The notes under the pieces are model-generated. The model worked only from the letters and a program-made list of their open reading frames with translations. It ran no database searches and was not told where the DNA came from. Positions 1 to 7,480 of a stretch of 32,000 nt of DNA are shown piece after piece. Made by a program: the position numbers and the translations under genes. Origin of the DNA: Patescibacteria group bacterium (GTDB lineage: Bacteria > Patescibacteriota > Patescibacteriia > 2-01-FULL-39-33); NCBI GenBank assembly GCA_041662745.1, contig JBAZRV010000002.1, positions 1 to 32,000 on the forward strand, in the 5' to 3' direction. Positions within the stretch are counted from its first letter, which is position 1, and each line of letters opens with the position of its first letter.

Positions 1-433
1 ATCGACAGCCGGCCTTCTTTTTGTTTTAGGCATAGGATCTTGGGTTAGGCAGGACGCCAATCGTCCTACATCCCAAGATACCATTTACACATAATATTTT
101 ACAGTCTCGCTTGTGATTTTAAAGAATTAATGGATTCAGACATGTTCTTAGACTTGGATGTGGATATTTCTGATTTATTGCCAGTGTCTCCTGTTTGTAT
201 GAGTGAAAACTTTAGGGTTACATACAAAAAAGGAGGGCAAGGGGGCCATAATTTTAGAGGAAGAATCCACAATCAAGAGTCATTGTCCAAAATAGGAAGT
301 AGCTTAAAGGAAAAGTTAAGAGGCATAAAGTTTTTAAAAAAAGAGGGTGATTACATTGGTAGAAAAATTCAAGCAGATTCATAAAGTAATTTTGAAAATG
401 GCTAAATGGTCTTTATTAATTTTAAGATCGTTG

Positions 434-666
434 TCCGCCCAAGAAAAACTGGAAATTGCCAATTCGAAAGGGCGGGCGGATGGAGGGGTTGGGGGAGGAA
501 ATCCGCCCGCTCATCAATTTTTGGGGGTGAAATCGGTTCGAATTTTTTTGTAAACACACCGCAGTGAGTATTTAGTATCGGACGACCCGCCTGCCTGCCG
601 GTAGGCAGGAGTGCCTTGGCTGAAGTCAGGCAAAAACAGAAGAATCTGGCTTAGGCCAGTTTTTTT
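434..666 (+). ncRNA. Candidate structured non-coding RNA; motif order resembles a very short RNase P RNA core (unconfirmed)
   Basis: A 12-bp helix pairs 470-481 with 501-512 and encloses a G-rich loop. An alternative 7-bp pairing joins 434-440 to 474-480. A 7-bp hairpin pairs 590-596 with 603-609. The 3' hairpin plus T7 lies at 646-666. Motifs occur in RNase P order: GAGGAAATCC (495-504), GGGTGAAA (525-532), CCGGTAGGC (598-606) and ACAGAA-N6-GGCTTA (636-653). Long-range pairings 444-452/656-664 and 456-460/629-633 mimic P1/P2. P3, P5 and a specificity domain cannot be drawn. Confidence 0.3.
646..666 (+). terminator. Intrinsic-terminator-like hairpin plus T-run
   Basis: The stem pairs CTGGC (646-650) with GCCAG (655-659) around a 4-nt loop. 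TTTTTTT follows at 660-666. Confidence 0.4.
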
Positions 667-915
667 GTTTTTAGTCAAAAGTGCAAAATATAAGGCGATT
701 TTTGGTTCGAATCTCGTTCTCTTAAAATTTGCTATTCAATCGTCACCACTCTTTTGGTGGTTTTTATTTTGGATTTAAAGCAGTTCATCAATTCTCGTTT
801 TTCTTCGTTGGTTCCATTCTTCAAGGTATGGACCGTATAAGTTTTCATATCAATATCTTGATGGCTGAGTCGGTCCTGTCCACATGTGGTTTTTCTTTCA
901 AATAATCAGCGCAAA

Positions 916-924
916 TGTTATAAT
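916..924 (+). promoter_or_regulatory. Extended -10 promoter element TGtTATAAT
   Basis: TGTTATAAT lies at 916-924, 55 nt upstream of the ATG at 979. Confidence 0.45.
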
Positions 925-978
925 ATAATTATTTAATGTGAGTTAGTATAACTTTTCTAGTCCAAATATAAAATTTAT

Positions 979-1335
979 ATGGGTTATGCCAATTTGTTAA
1001 TCTATTTCATTACTGGGGGTTTATTCACAACTTTAATTGTTGTCTTGGAAGAGAGTAATCATCGCCTCTTGTCCGGCTTAGCCACTCTTATTCCGGTATT
1101 TACTCTTGTGGCTTATATTTTTATCGGCGAGTCAAAAGGCGGGGCGGCAGTGGGGCAGCATGCCTGGTTTGTTCTTGTGGGAACGATCGTTTCTTGGATT
1201 CCCTACATGCTGGCGGTAGCCTATCTCTCGCCGAAAATCGGGGCGCATAGGGCCATCATTTCAGGCCTGGTGATTTTTTTTATTCTGGCCCTGTTGTATA
1301 TTGCGGTTGTCAGCCGTTTTAAATTGTTCCAATAG
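979..1335 (+). CDS. Small integral membrane protein, GlpM-family-like
   Basis: This is a 118-aa ORF with an ATG start and four hydrophobic helices. The patterns LIPVFTLVAYIFI and VSWIPYMLAVAYL resemble E. coli GlpM as recalled from memory; no search was run. Confidence 0.6.
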   Translation: MGYANLLIYFITGGLFTTLIVVLEESNHRLLSGLATLIPVFTLVAYIFIGESKGGAAVGQHAWFVLVGTIVSWIPYMLAVAYLSPKIGAHRAIISGLVIFFILALLYIAVVSRFKLFQ

Positions 1336-1382
1336 GTTAAAATTATTGCCAAAAAATAATTTCAATTACTAACTAAAACAAT

Positions 1383-2111
1383 ATGAGATTACAAAAAAAA
1401 GTTGCAGTAGTAACCGGCGCGTCATCGGGATTGGGCAAAGCCATTGCAGAAATGTTCAGTAAAGAAGGCGCCAGAGTCGTTTTTTCCGACATTAACGCCT
1501 ATCCAGGCAAACTGCCTGCGGGCGCGCTGTTTTTAAAAGCCGATACATCCAAAGACGCGGATGTTAAAAAATTAGTTAATTTCGCTGTCGCTAAACTCGG
1601 TCGTTTGGATATTATGGTTAATAATGCCGGCATCGGGTTGACAGGAGAGATTGTCGGCATGCCGGACAAGGTTTGGAACAAGGTGCTGGCCGTTAATTTA
1701 AACGGAGTATTCTATAGTTTGCGAGCAGCCGCGACTTATATGAAAAACAAAAAGATTAAGGGTTCAATCATCAATATGGCTTCTATTCTTGGCCAGGTTG
1801 GTTTCCGCAGCGCAGGGGCTTATTCCGCCGCCAAAGGAGGCGTTAATCAGTTGACGCGAACCGGCTCTTTGGAATTGGCGCCGTTTGGCATCAGAGTCAA
1901 TTCAATCGCCCCCGGTTTCATTGAAACGGGCATGACTAAGGGCATAAAAAATGACAAAGCGGCCAGTGCCGGAATTAACGCCGCTACGCCATTGGGGCAT
2001 ATGGGTGAGCCGGATGATATTGCCTACGCGGCCGTATATCTGGCCTCAGATGAAGCAAAATTCGTTACCGGCTCGGTTATGTATGTGGATGGCGGTTGGA
2101 CGGCGCAATAA
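1383..2111 (+). CDS. Short-chain dehydrogenase/reductase (FabG-like SDR oxidoreductase)
   Basis: The 242-aa product has the classical SDR signature: a TGASSGLG cofactor motif, NNAG, and a Ser followed by the YSAAK catalytic motif. Confidence 0.9.
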   Translation: MRLQKKVAVVTGASSGLGKAIAEMFSKEGARVVFSDINAYPGKLPAGALFLKADTSKDADVKKLVNFAVAKLGRLDIMVNNAGIGLTGEIVGMPDKVWNKVLAVNLNGVFYSLRAAATYMKNKKIKGSIINMASILGQVGFRSAGAYSAAKGGVNQLTRTGSLELAPFGIRVNSIAPGFIETGMTKGIKNDKAASAGINAATPLGHMGEPDDIAYAAVYLASDEAKFVTGSVMYVDGGWTAQ

Positions 2112-2198
2112 CATCGAAAAAATACTGCATCTCAGGCATACGCCAAAATTACGAATAAACATCCGTTGCATTTTAGATTAGGCCCCGACTCAGGTATA

Positions 2199-2228
2199 TT
2201 GACGAGTGCCTGAAATTAGTGTTATAAT
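2199..2228 (+). promoter_or_regulatory. Sigma70-type promoter
   Basis: The -35 TTGACG lies at 2199-2204. An 18-nt spacer follows. The -10 is TGtTATAAT with TATAAT at 2223-2228. The site is upstream of the 2314 CDS. Confidence 0.55.
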
Positions 2229-2313
2229 ACCCTTGTAAACATTGAGGTCGGGGGTGCTTAACCCGATTGCTCCGAAAAAAAAGCACTTACAATTTATTTA
2301 ATACATATAGCAT

Positions 2314-2814
2314 ATGCCCCAAAATGAAAAAACCTTAGAACAGCTTAGTCGCGTGGTTTTTTCCTGGCAGTATCCGGAGTTTGTCGTTTATCATAAGGAT
2401 AAACGTTGGTATGCCATCTCAATTGTCGTGTTGATCTTGGCTTTGGCCTGGACGATTTATGATAAGAACTATTTGTTCGGCGCTTTTTTGCTGTTATTTT
2501 ATCTGTTAATTCTGTTTCATGAGGGGCGCCGGCCGGAAATAATTGATTTTATTATTACCGAAGATGGCGTTAAATCAGGTGATAATTTTTATTATTTTAA
2601 AGACATTGATCACTTTTATGTTGTCTATCAGGCGCAAGGCGTAAAGAATCTTTATCTGGAATTCCGTAATTCCTTGCGCGGTCGCCTTATTGTGCCGTTA
2701 GACGGCCAAAATGCCGTGGCTGTCAGAGACTTTTTATTACAATACATGGCGGAAGATTTAGAGCGTGAAGCCGAACCTTTGTCTGAGCAATTAAGACGCT
2801 GGCTGAGGTTATAG
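2314..2814 (+). CDS. Hypothetical membrane protein (two TM helices plus soluble C-terminal domain)
   Basis: This is a 166-aa ORF with an ATG start. It has a hydrophobic hairpin (WYAISIVVLILALAW / LFGAFLLLFYLLILF). No recognisable catalytic motif was found. Confidence 0.7.
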   Translation: MPQNEKTLEQLSRVVFSWQYPEFVVYHKDKRWYAISIVVLILALAWTIYDKNYLFGAFLLLFYLLILFHEGRRPEIIDFIITEDGVKSGDNFYYFKDIDHFYVVYQAQGVKNLYLEFRNSLRGRLIVPLDGQNAVAVRDFLLQYMAEDLEREAEPLSEQLRRWLRL

Positions 2815-2894
2815 GACTTGATTTATATCGGTAAAAATGATAAGATATGAATCTGTTTCAAAAAGCTGTTTTTGGGACAGATTATTAGTATAAT

Positions 2895-2971
2895 GTACCC
2901 GTAGCTTAGCTGGATAAAGCGTCGGCTTGCGGAGCCGGAGACCACAGGTTCGAATCCTGTCGGGTACACCA
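2895..2971 (+). tRNA. tRNA-Arg, anticodon GCG, with encoded CCA
   Basis: The cloverleaf was folded by hand. The acceptor stem pairs GTACCCG with CGGGTAC. The D stem pairs GCTT with AAGC and A20 is present. The anticodon stem pairs TCGGC with GCCGG around the loop TTGCGGA. The T arm is ACAGG-TTCGAAT-CCTGT. The discriminator is A and CCA follows. Confidence 0.9.
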
Positions 2972-3033
2972 ATCACTTAAAAGCTTGTAAAGTTGAAAGT
3001 CCATAAAGTTGGATACCAAATCTGACACCTCCT

Positions 3034-5091
3034 ATGAACTTATCACTTGATAGTAAAATCAGCCAGGTTAGCCCTTATGCCAAACGCCTGGCTAATAAAT
3101 TAAGGAAATTAAATATTGAGACCGTTCGGGATCTCATTTTTTATTATCCTTTTCGTTACGAAGATTACAGTAAGTTAGCTAAGATCGCCGACCTAAAGGA
3201 AGGCATGGAGGCGGCGGTAATCGGGCGCTTGGAGCTGGTAGCCAGTCGTCGCAGTCATCGGCAAAGGAAAGTTGTCACTGAAGCGGTTTTAACCGATGAT
3301 ACCGGTTCCATTAAACTTGTTTGGTTTAATCAGCCTTGGATAGGGAAAACTTTAGCTGGCGGGGAGCTTATCAGGGTTTACGGCAAGATAGGCGGAGATA
3401 TGTATAGCTTGCATTTTAATTCACCTAATTATGAACGGACCGGTATTGGAGCGCCGGGCTTGGTGCCGATTTATCCTTTGACTTCCGGGTTGACCAATAA
3501 ACAATTGCGTTTTTTATTATCAGGGCTTAAACCGTTGATAACAAAAGTAAATGATTATTTACCTGAAGAAATCACCGGACGGCAGAATCTTATTAGCCTC
3601 TCTTCCGCACTGCTTAATGTGCACTGGCCGGAAAATGCCAGCGCTTTGGCGGCTGCCCGCCATCGTTTGGCTTTTGATGAGCTGTTTTTATTGCAAACTT
3701 GGTCGCAGATATTGCGACGCAATTTGAAAGAATTGGCCGCCCCCCCGATTGAATTTAAAGAATCAAAAGTAAAAGAATTTATAGCCAGATTGCCTTTTGA
3801 ATTAACTTTAGATCAGAAACGCGCCGCTTGGGAAATAATCAAAGATTTGGCTAAAACCGAACCTATGAATCGATTGCTGGAGGGGGATGTCGGTTCAGGT
3901 AAGACTGTTGTGGCCTTGATTGCCATGTATGATGCCGTCTTGAACGGCCAGCAAGCGGTTTTAATGGTTCCGACAGAGATTCTTGCCAGCCAACATTATC
4001 AGAGTATCAGCAAGTTACTGGATGGTTGCGGTGTTAACTCCGGTTTATTAACCCGAACACAAAAAGTGTTCAACGGCAAGGAAATCAGCAAGAAGGAATT
4101 TTTGAATAAAGCGGCTCTGGGGGAAATAGATCTGATTATCGGCACTCACAGCTTGATTCAGAAGGAGGCGTCTTTTAAGCGGTTGGGACTGGTTATTGTC
4201 GATGAACAGCATCGTTTTGGAGTTAAACAAAGGCAAGAATTAAAGCAAAAAGGCGTCGACAACAAGATCCCGCATTTCTTGTCTTTGACCGCTACGCCCA
4301 TCCCGCGTTCTTTGGCTTTGATTGTTTACGGCGATTTGGATTTGTCTTTGATCAAAGAGTTGCCAAAGGGCAGAAAAGCCATTATTACCAAGGTGGTACC
4401 GCCGGATAAGCGTTGGTTGGCTTACGAGTTCATCGATAAGCAGATTGCCGCCGGCCGGCAAGTGTTTGTCATCTGCCCCTTGATTGATCCCTCGGATAAA
4501 TTAGGCGTGCGTTCGGTGACCGAAGAATTCCATAAATTGGATAAGGAAGTTTTCCCGCAATTGCCGGTTGGTTTATTGCACGGCAAGTTGAAAGCGGAGG
4601 AAAAGGAAGGGGTGATGGCCGAATTTAAAAACAATAAGATAAAAATCTTAGTTTCCACTTCCGTGGTGGAAGTGGGCGTGGATATTCCTAATGCCACGGT
4701 TATGATGATTGAGGGCGCGGAGAGGTTCGGTTTGAGCCAATTGCATCAATTTCGCGGTCGCGTAGGGCGAGGTGATCATCAATCTTATTGTTTTTTGTTT
4801 TCCGAAGATCCTTCAGATCGGGCTTTGGCGCGATTGAATTATCTTTCCCAGACAACCGATGGCTTTGCTTTGGCTGAATATGACATGAAACAGCGGGGCG
4901 GTGGCAATGTATTCGGCCAGGAGCAGTCCGGTTTTATTGACAATTTAAAAATCGCCGATCCCGGCGATTTGGTTTTAGCGAAAAAGGCCCGCGATGCCGC
5001 AAAAGATTTTGTGACCGAGTTCCGGATGGAAGATTTTCCTCAGTTAGCCGAGGCGGTCAGCCAGTTCGGTTTGACGGCGCACTTAGAGTAG
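3034..5091 (+). CDS. recG: ATP-dependent DNA helicase RecG
   Basis: The 685-aa product has Walker A GDVGSGKT, the DEQH box VDEQHRFG, and motif VI QLHQFRGRVGRG. The N-terminal wedge-type region matches the RecG architecture. Confidence 0.92.
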   Translation: MNLSLDSKISQVSPYAKRLANKLRKLNIETVRDLIFYYPFRYEDYSKLAKIADLKEGMEAAVIGRLELVASRRSHRQRKVVTEAVLTDDTGSIKLVWFNQPWIGKTLAGGELIRVYGKIGGDMYSLHFNSPNYERTGIGAPGLVPIYPLTSGLTNKQLRFLLSGLKPLITKVNDYLPEEITGRQNLISLSSALLNVHWPENASALAAARHRLAFDELFLLQTWSQILRRNLKELAAPPIEFKESKVKEFIARLPFELTLDQKRAAWEIIKDLAKTEPMNRLLEGDVGSGKTVVALIAMYDAVLNGQQAVLMVPTEILASQHYQSISKLLDGCGVNSGLLTRTQKVFNGKEISKKEFLNKAALGEIDLIIGTHSLIQKEASFKRLGLVIVDEQHRFGVKQRQELKQKGVDNKIPHFLSLTATPIPRSLALIVYGDLDLSLIKELPKGRKAIITKVVPPDKRWLAYEFIDKQIAAGRQVFVICPLIDPSDKLGVRSVTEEFHKLDKEVFPQLPVGLLHGKLKAEEKEGVMAEFKNNKIKILVSTSVVEVGVDIPNATVMMIEGAERFGLSQLHQFRGRVGRGDHQSYCFLFSEDPSDRALARLNYLSQTTDGFALAEYDMKQRGGGNVFGQEQSGFIDNLKIADPGDLVLAKKARDAAKDFVTEFRMEDFPQLAEAVSQFGLTAHLE

Positions 5092-6423
5092 CGTTCCGAT
5101 GATTCTTGTTACCTCACTGATATGTTTAATAGGCAGTAATTTCAGATTTCCCGAGGGCGCATCCGGCCGAGCGGGAACAATGGCTTGAACATAACCAAGT
5201 CGCTGGGCCTCCTTTAACCGGCGAGCTAATTGCGGCACGCTGCGGATTTCTCCGGACAGTCCCACTTCGCCTAAAATCAAGGTTTTATTGGGTAATGATT
5301 TTTCCGTAAAAGCGGAAATAACCGCCATAGCCACCGCCAGATCGGCCGGCGGTTCTTTTATTTTTAGGCCGCCGGCGACATTAAGATAAACGTCCTGGTT
5401 GCTTAGATTAACTTTATTGTATTTGCCGATGACCGCCAGAAGCATCTGTAAGCGATTCAAGTCAAAACCGGTAGTTTTGCGTTGCGGATAGCCGAAAAAG
5501 GTTTTGGCGGTTAGTGATTGCACCTCTACGAGAAACGGCCTGGTGCCCTCAAGAACCATGGTAGCGCTGATGCCCGGATTGCCCGATGACAATTCCTTAT
5601 CGGCAAAAACACCGGCCGGATCGCTGACTTCTTTTAGTCCGCTACCGGTCATTTCAAAGACGCCGATTTCACCCACGGCGCCGAAACGGTTTTTAACGGT
5701 GCGTAAAATCTTAAAATTATTCTGCGCGTCATTCTCTAAATACATTACCGTATCCACTAAGTGTTCCAAGGTTTTGGGGCCGGCGACTTGGCCGTCCTTG
5801 GTAACATGACCGATAACTAAAACAGCAATATTATTTGTTTTGGCCAGCGACATTAATTTGGCGGTGCAGGCCGTGATCTGCCCCACGTTGCCGGCCGCGC
5901 CGGGGGAGTCGGCCGTGTAAACCGTCTGAATGGAGTCAACTATCAATAGTTGCGGTTTAAGCGCGGTGGCCGTGGCGATGACGGTGTCAATATCGGTTTG
6001 CGGCAAAAATTTTAATTTGCTCAAATCGTTGGTTAAACGTTCAGCCCGCATTTTTATTTGCGTTGCCGATTCCTCGCCGGAAACGTATAGAACAGAATCA
6101 AGCCTGTCGATCAGCTGCAAGGCCAAAGTGGATTTGCCGATTCCCGGATCCCCGCCCAAAAGCATTAAAGCGCCGTTAATAATGCCTCCGCCTAAAACGC
6201 GGTCAACCTCGTTTAAGCCGGTAGGGGTTCTGGTTTCTTTGCCTCCGATTATGGTTGATAAATTAATAGTTTTTTCCGCTCGAGCCGTATTAGCCGAATT
6301 TTCTGATTTTTTCAGTTCTTCCGTTAGTGTGCCCCAAGCGCCACAATCAAGACAGCGCCCTTGCCATTTAGGATATTGGGCGCCGCATTTGGAGCAGGAA
6401 AAAATCGTTTGTGTTTTTGCCAT
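5083..6423 (-). CDS. radA: DNA repair/recombination protein RadA (Sms)
   Basis: The 446-aa product has a C4 zinc finger (CSKCGAQYPKWQGRCLDCGAWG), Walker A GGDPGIGKST and the KNRFG motif. It ends in a Lon-protease-like C-terminal domain. Confidence 0.93.
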   Translation of the reverse strand: MAKTQTIFSCSKCGAQYPKWQGRCLDCGAWGTLTEELKKSENSANTARAEKTINLSTIIGGKETRTPTGLNEVDRVLGGGIINGALMLLGGDPGIGKSTLALQLIDRLDSVLYVSGEESATQIKMRAERLTNDLSKLKFLPQTDIDTVIATATALKPQLLIVDSIQTVYTADSPGAAGNVGQITACTAKLMSLAKTNNIAVLVIGHVTKDGQVAGPKTLEHLVDTVMYLENDAQNNFKILRTVKNRFGAVGEIGVFEMTGSGLKEVSDPAGVFADKELSSGNPGISATMVLEGTRPFLVEVQSLTAKTFFGYPQRKTTGFDLNRLQMLLAVIGKYNKVNLSNQDVYLNVAGGLKIKEPPADLAVAMAVISAFTEKSLPNKTLILGEVGLSGEIRSVPQLARRLKEAQRLGYVQAIVPARPDAPSGNLKLLPIKHISEVTRIIGTLL

Positions 6424-6426
6424 TTT

Positions 6427-7461
6427 TTATGGTAGTTTAGGCGGCTTGCCCATGTCTATGTGCCAACAGTTATTAACGGGCTCATCAATTACGCGTATCT
6501 CAGGGTAAATTATATTATTTATGGTCACATTATTTAAGACATAGCCAGGCTGCCCGTCATAGTAAAATGCTGTTTTTTGATTCTTGATTAAACCGCGGAA
6601 ATAGGCATTAGTTGTGTTGTTTCTGGGATAATCCAGCGCTGTGCCGTTGGCATGATTTGAACCGGTATCTTGCGGTCGATAAGCTGAAGTTGGTTGGGCG
6701 TCGGTAATGCTTGAGATGCTATTGGCCAATGATGATGTTTGCGGCTTTAATCCTTGCATATTGCCAGTAGCAGCATTGGAGCCGGATGGTACTTTATTGA
6801 CACTCTCCATGGTTCCTATGCCATTGTTATTAGTCGCATTATTTGATGAGTAATAGACAACCGGTTCAAATTCTTGGCCGGTTATAATCGTCAGACTTGG
6901 GCTAATAATACTAATTAACGTGTAAGATAGCAAGGCGAGAGCCAGTCCGGCTAAAGCTGAAAAAATAACGGACTTGGCTTCGGTGATTTTGCCGCTGTCA
7001 CCGCGCGCCAAAAGCCACTTGAATCCGCCCCACATTACCATAATCGTTGCTAATATGCCAACCGTCCCCAATAGCAGTGTGTACCAAGTATTAATGTAAT
7101 CAGGAAAAAGATCGGCGTTAACCGGAATTTTAGCGTCAGCCGTAAAGAGACCGCCGATAGCAACATTGGGAGTAAAGGTAAAAGATGCCTTACTATTCTG
7201 ATTAGTGGTTTTTGTTAAGCCAACGTTTACAGTGGTATCGGAAGGCATTGATTGAGTACTTTCCGCCGCTCCATTGGGATAGGTGGTGAAGCATTGGTGA
7301 ATACAACTACTGAGTTGTTCTTGAGTCCAATCCAATCCCGAATCGTAACAATTAGCAAGGCATTGTTGGTATTCAGCTTTAGTATCGGCCAAAACCGCCG
7401 CCGGCAGCAACAAATTAAAAGCCAGAGTAAGCATTAAAAATATTTTTAGCAAGTATCTCAT
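6427..7461 (-). CDS. Secreted/membrane protein: signal peptide, Cys-rich N-domain, VirB2/TrbC-like T4SS-pilin two-TM domain, C-terminal LAS/M15-like peptidase motifs
   Basis: The 344-aa product starts with a signal peptide, followed by CLANC...CIHQC. The two-TM block WYTLLLGTVGILATIMVMWGGFKWLLARGDSGKITEAKSVIFSALAGLALALLSYTLISII matches the CPR T4SS-pilin pattern. The C-terminus carries SAYR, SNHANGTALD (SxHxxGxAxD, i.e. H-x6-D) and WHID. Confidence 0.85.
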   Translation of the reverse strand: MRYLLKIFLMLTLAFNLLLPAAVLADTKAEYQQCLANCYDSGLDWTQEQLSSCIHQCFTTYPNGAAESTQSMPSDTTVNVGLTKTTNQNSKASFTFTPNVAIGGLFTADAKIPVNADLFPDYINTWYTLLLGTVGILATIMVMWGGFKWLLARGDSGKITEAKSVIFSALAGLALALLSYTLISIISPSLTIITGQEFEPVVYYSSNNATNNNGIGTMESVNKVPSGSNAATGNMQGLKPQTSSLANSISSITDAQPTSAYRPQDTGSNHANGTALDYPRNNTTNAYFRGLIKNQKTAFYYDGQPGYVLNNVTINNIIYPEIRVIDEPVNNCWHIDMGKPPKLP

Positions 7462-7480
7462 AATTAATATAAAAAATAGT

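Noticed and set aside
130-553. Two overlapping track ORFs (130-384, 84 aa; 347-553, 68 aa) that could be small proteins.
   Set aside because: No promoter or RBS support and no recognisable motifs. The second ORF is largely a translation of the G-rich 12-bp hairpin region (GRADGGVGGGNPP). I cannot support either as a gene. The first could still be real and would need conservation or Ribo-seq evidence.
612-622. The minus strand reads CAGCCAAGGCA, identical to an 11-mer of the conserved E. coli 4.5S/SRP RNA domain IV. GTCAGG nearby on the plus strand suggested an SRP RNA.
   Set aside because: I could not build the domain IV hairpin in either orientation. There is no GNAR tetraloop, no symmetric or asymmetric loops, and no closing helix 5. 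The match is probably fortuitous. cmsearch with RF00169 would settle it.
535-711. GGTTCGAAT, a T-loop-like sequence, occurs at 535-543 and 703-711, hinting at a tRNA, tmRNA or tRNA-like element.
   Set aside because: The flanking bases cannot form a T stem or acceptor stem at either site. There is no tmRNA-type 5' GGGG...3' ACCA pairing.
2248-2286. Assigning the leader pseudoknot specifically to the preQ1-I/II riboswitch class.
   Set aside because: Only the topology and the A-rich tail are similar. I could not match the conserved loop nucleotides, and the downstream gene does not look like a queuosine gene or QueT/YhhQ transporter. It is kept only as a generic pseudoknot candidate.
2889-2894. 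TATAAT directly abuts the 5' end of tRNA-Arg. This raised the idea of a leaderless tRNA transcript that would not need RNase P.
   Set aside because: A -10 ending at 2894 would put the transcription start inside the mature tRNA (about 2900-2903), so the geometry does not fit. A promoter further upstream, such as TGATAAGAT near 2839-2847, is more plausible.
5083-5091. A 9-nt convergent overlap of the recG and radA 3' ends with no terminator between them.
   Set aside because: This is real but ordinary for compact genomes. It is not evidence of regulation by itself.
5930-6508. Long antisense or alternate-frame ORFs inside confident genes, for example 5930-6508, 5504-5809, 15226-15795, 28895-29236, 30562-31002, 23122-23322 and 1951-2181.
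   Set aside because: They are shadow ORFs overlapping genes with strong motif support. Their products are low-complexity or Ser/Pro/Ala-rich, as expected from reverse-frame translation.
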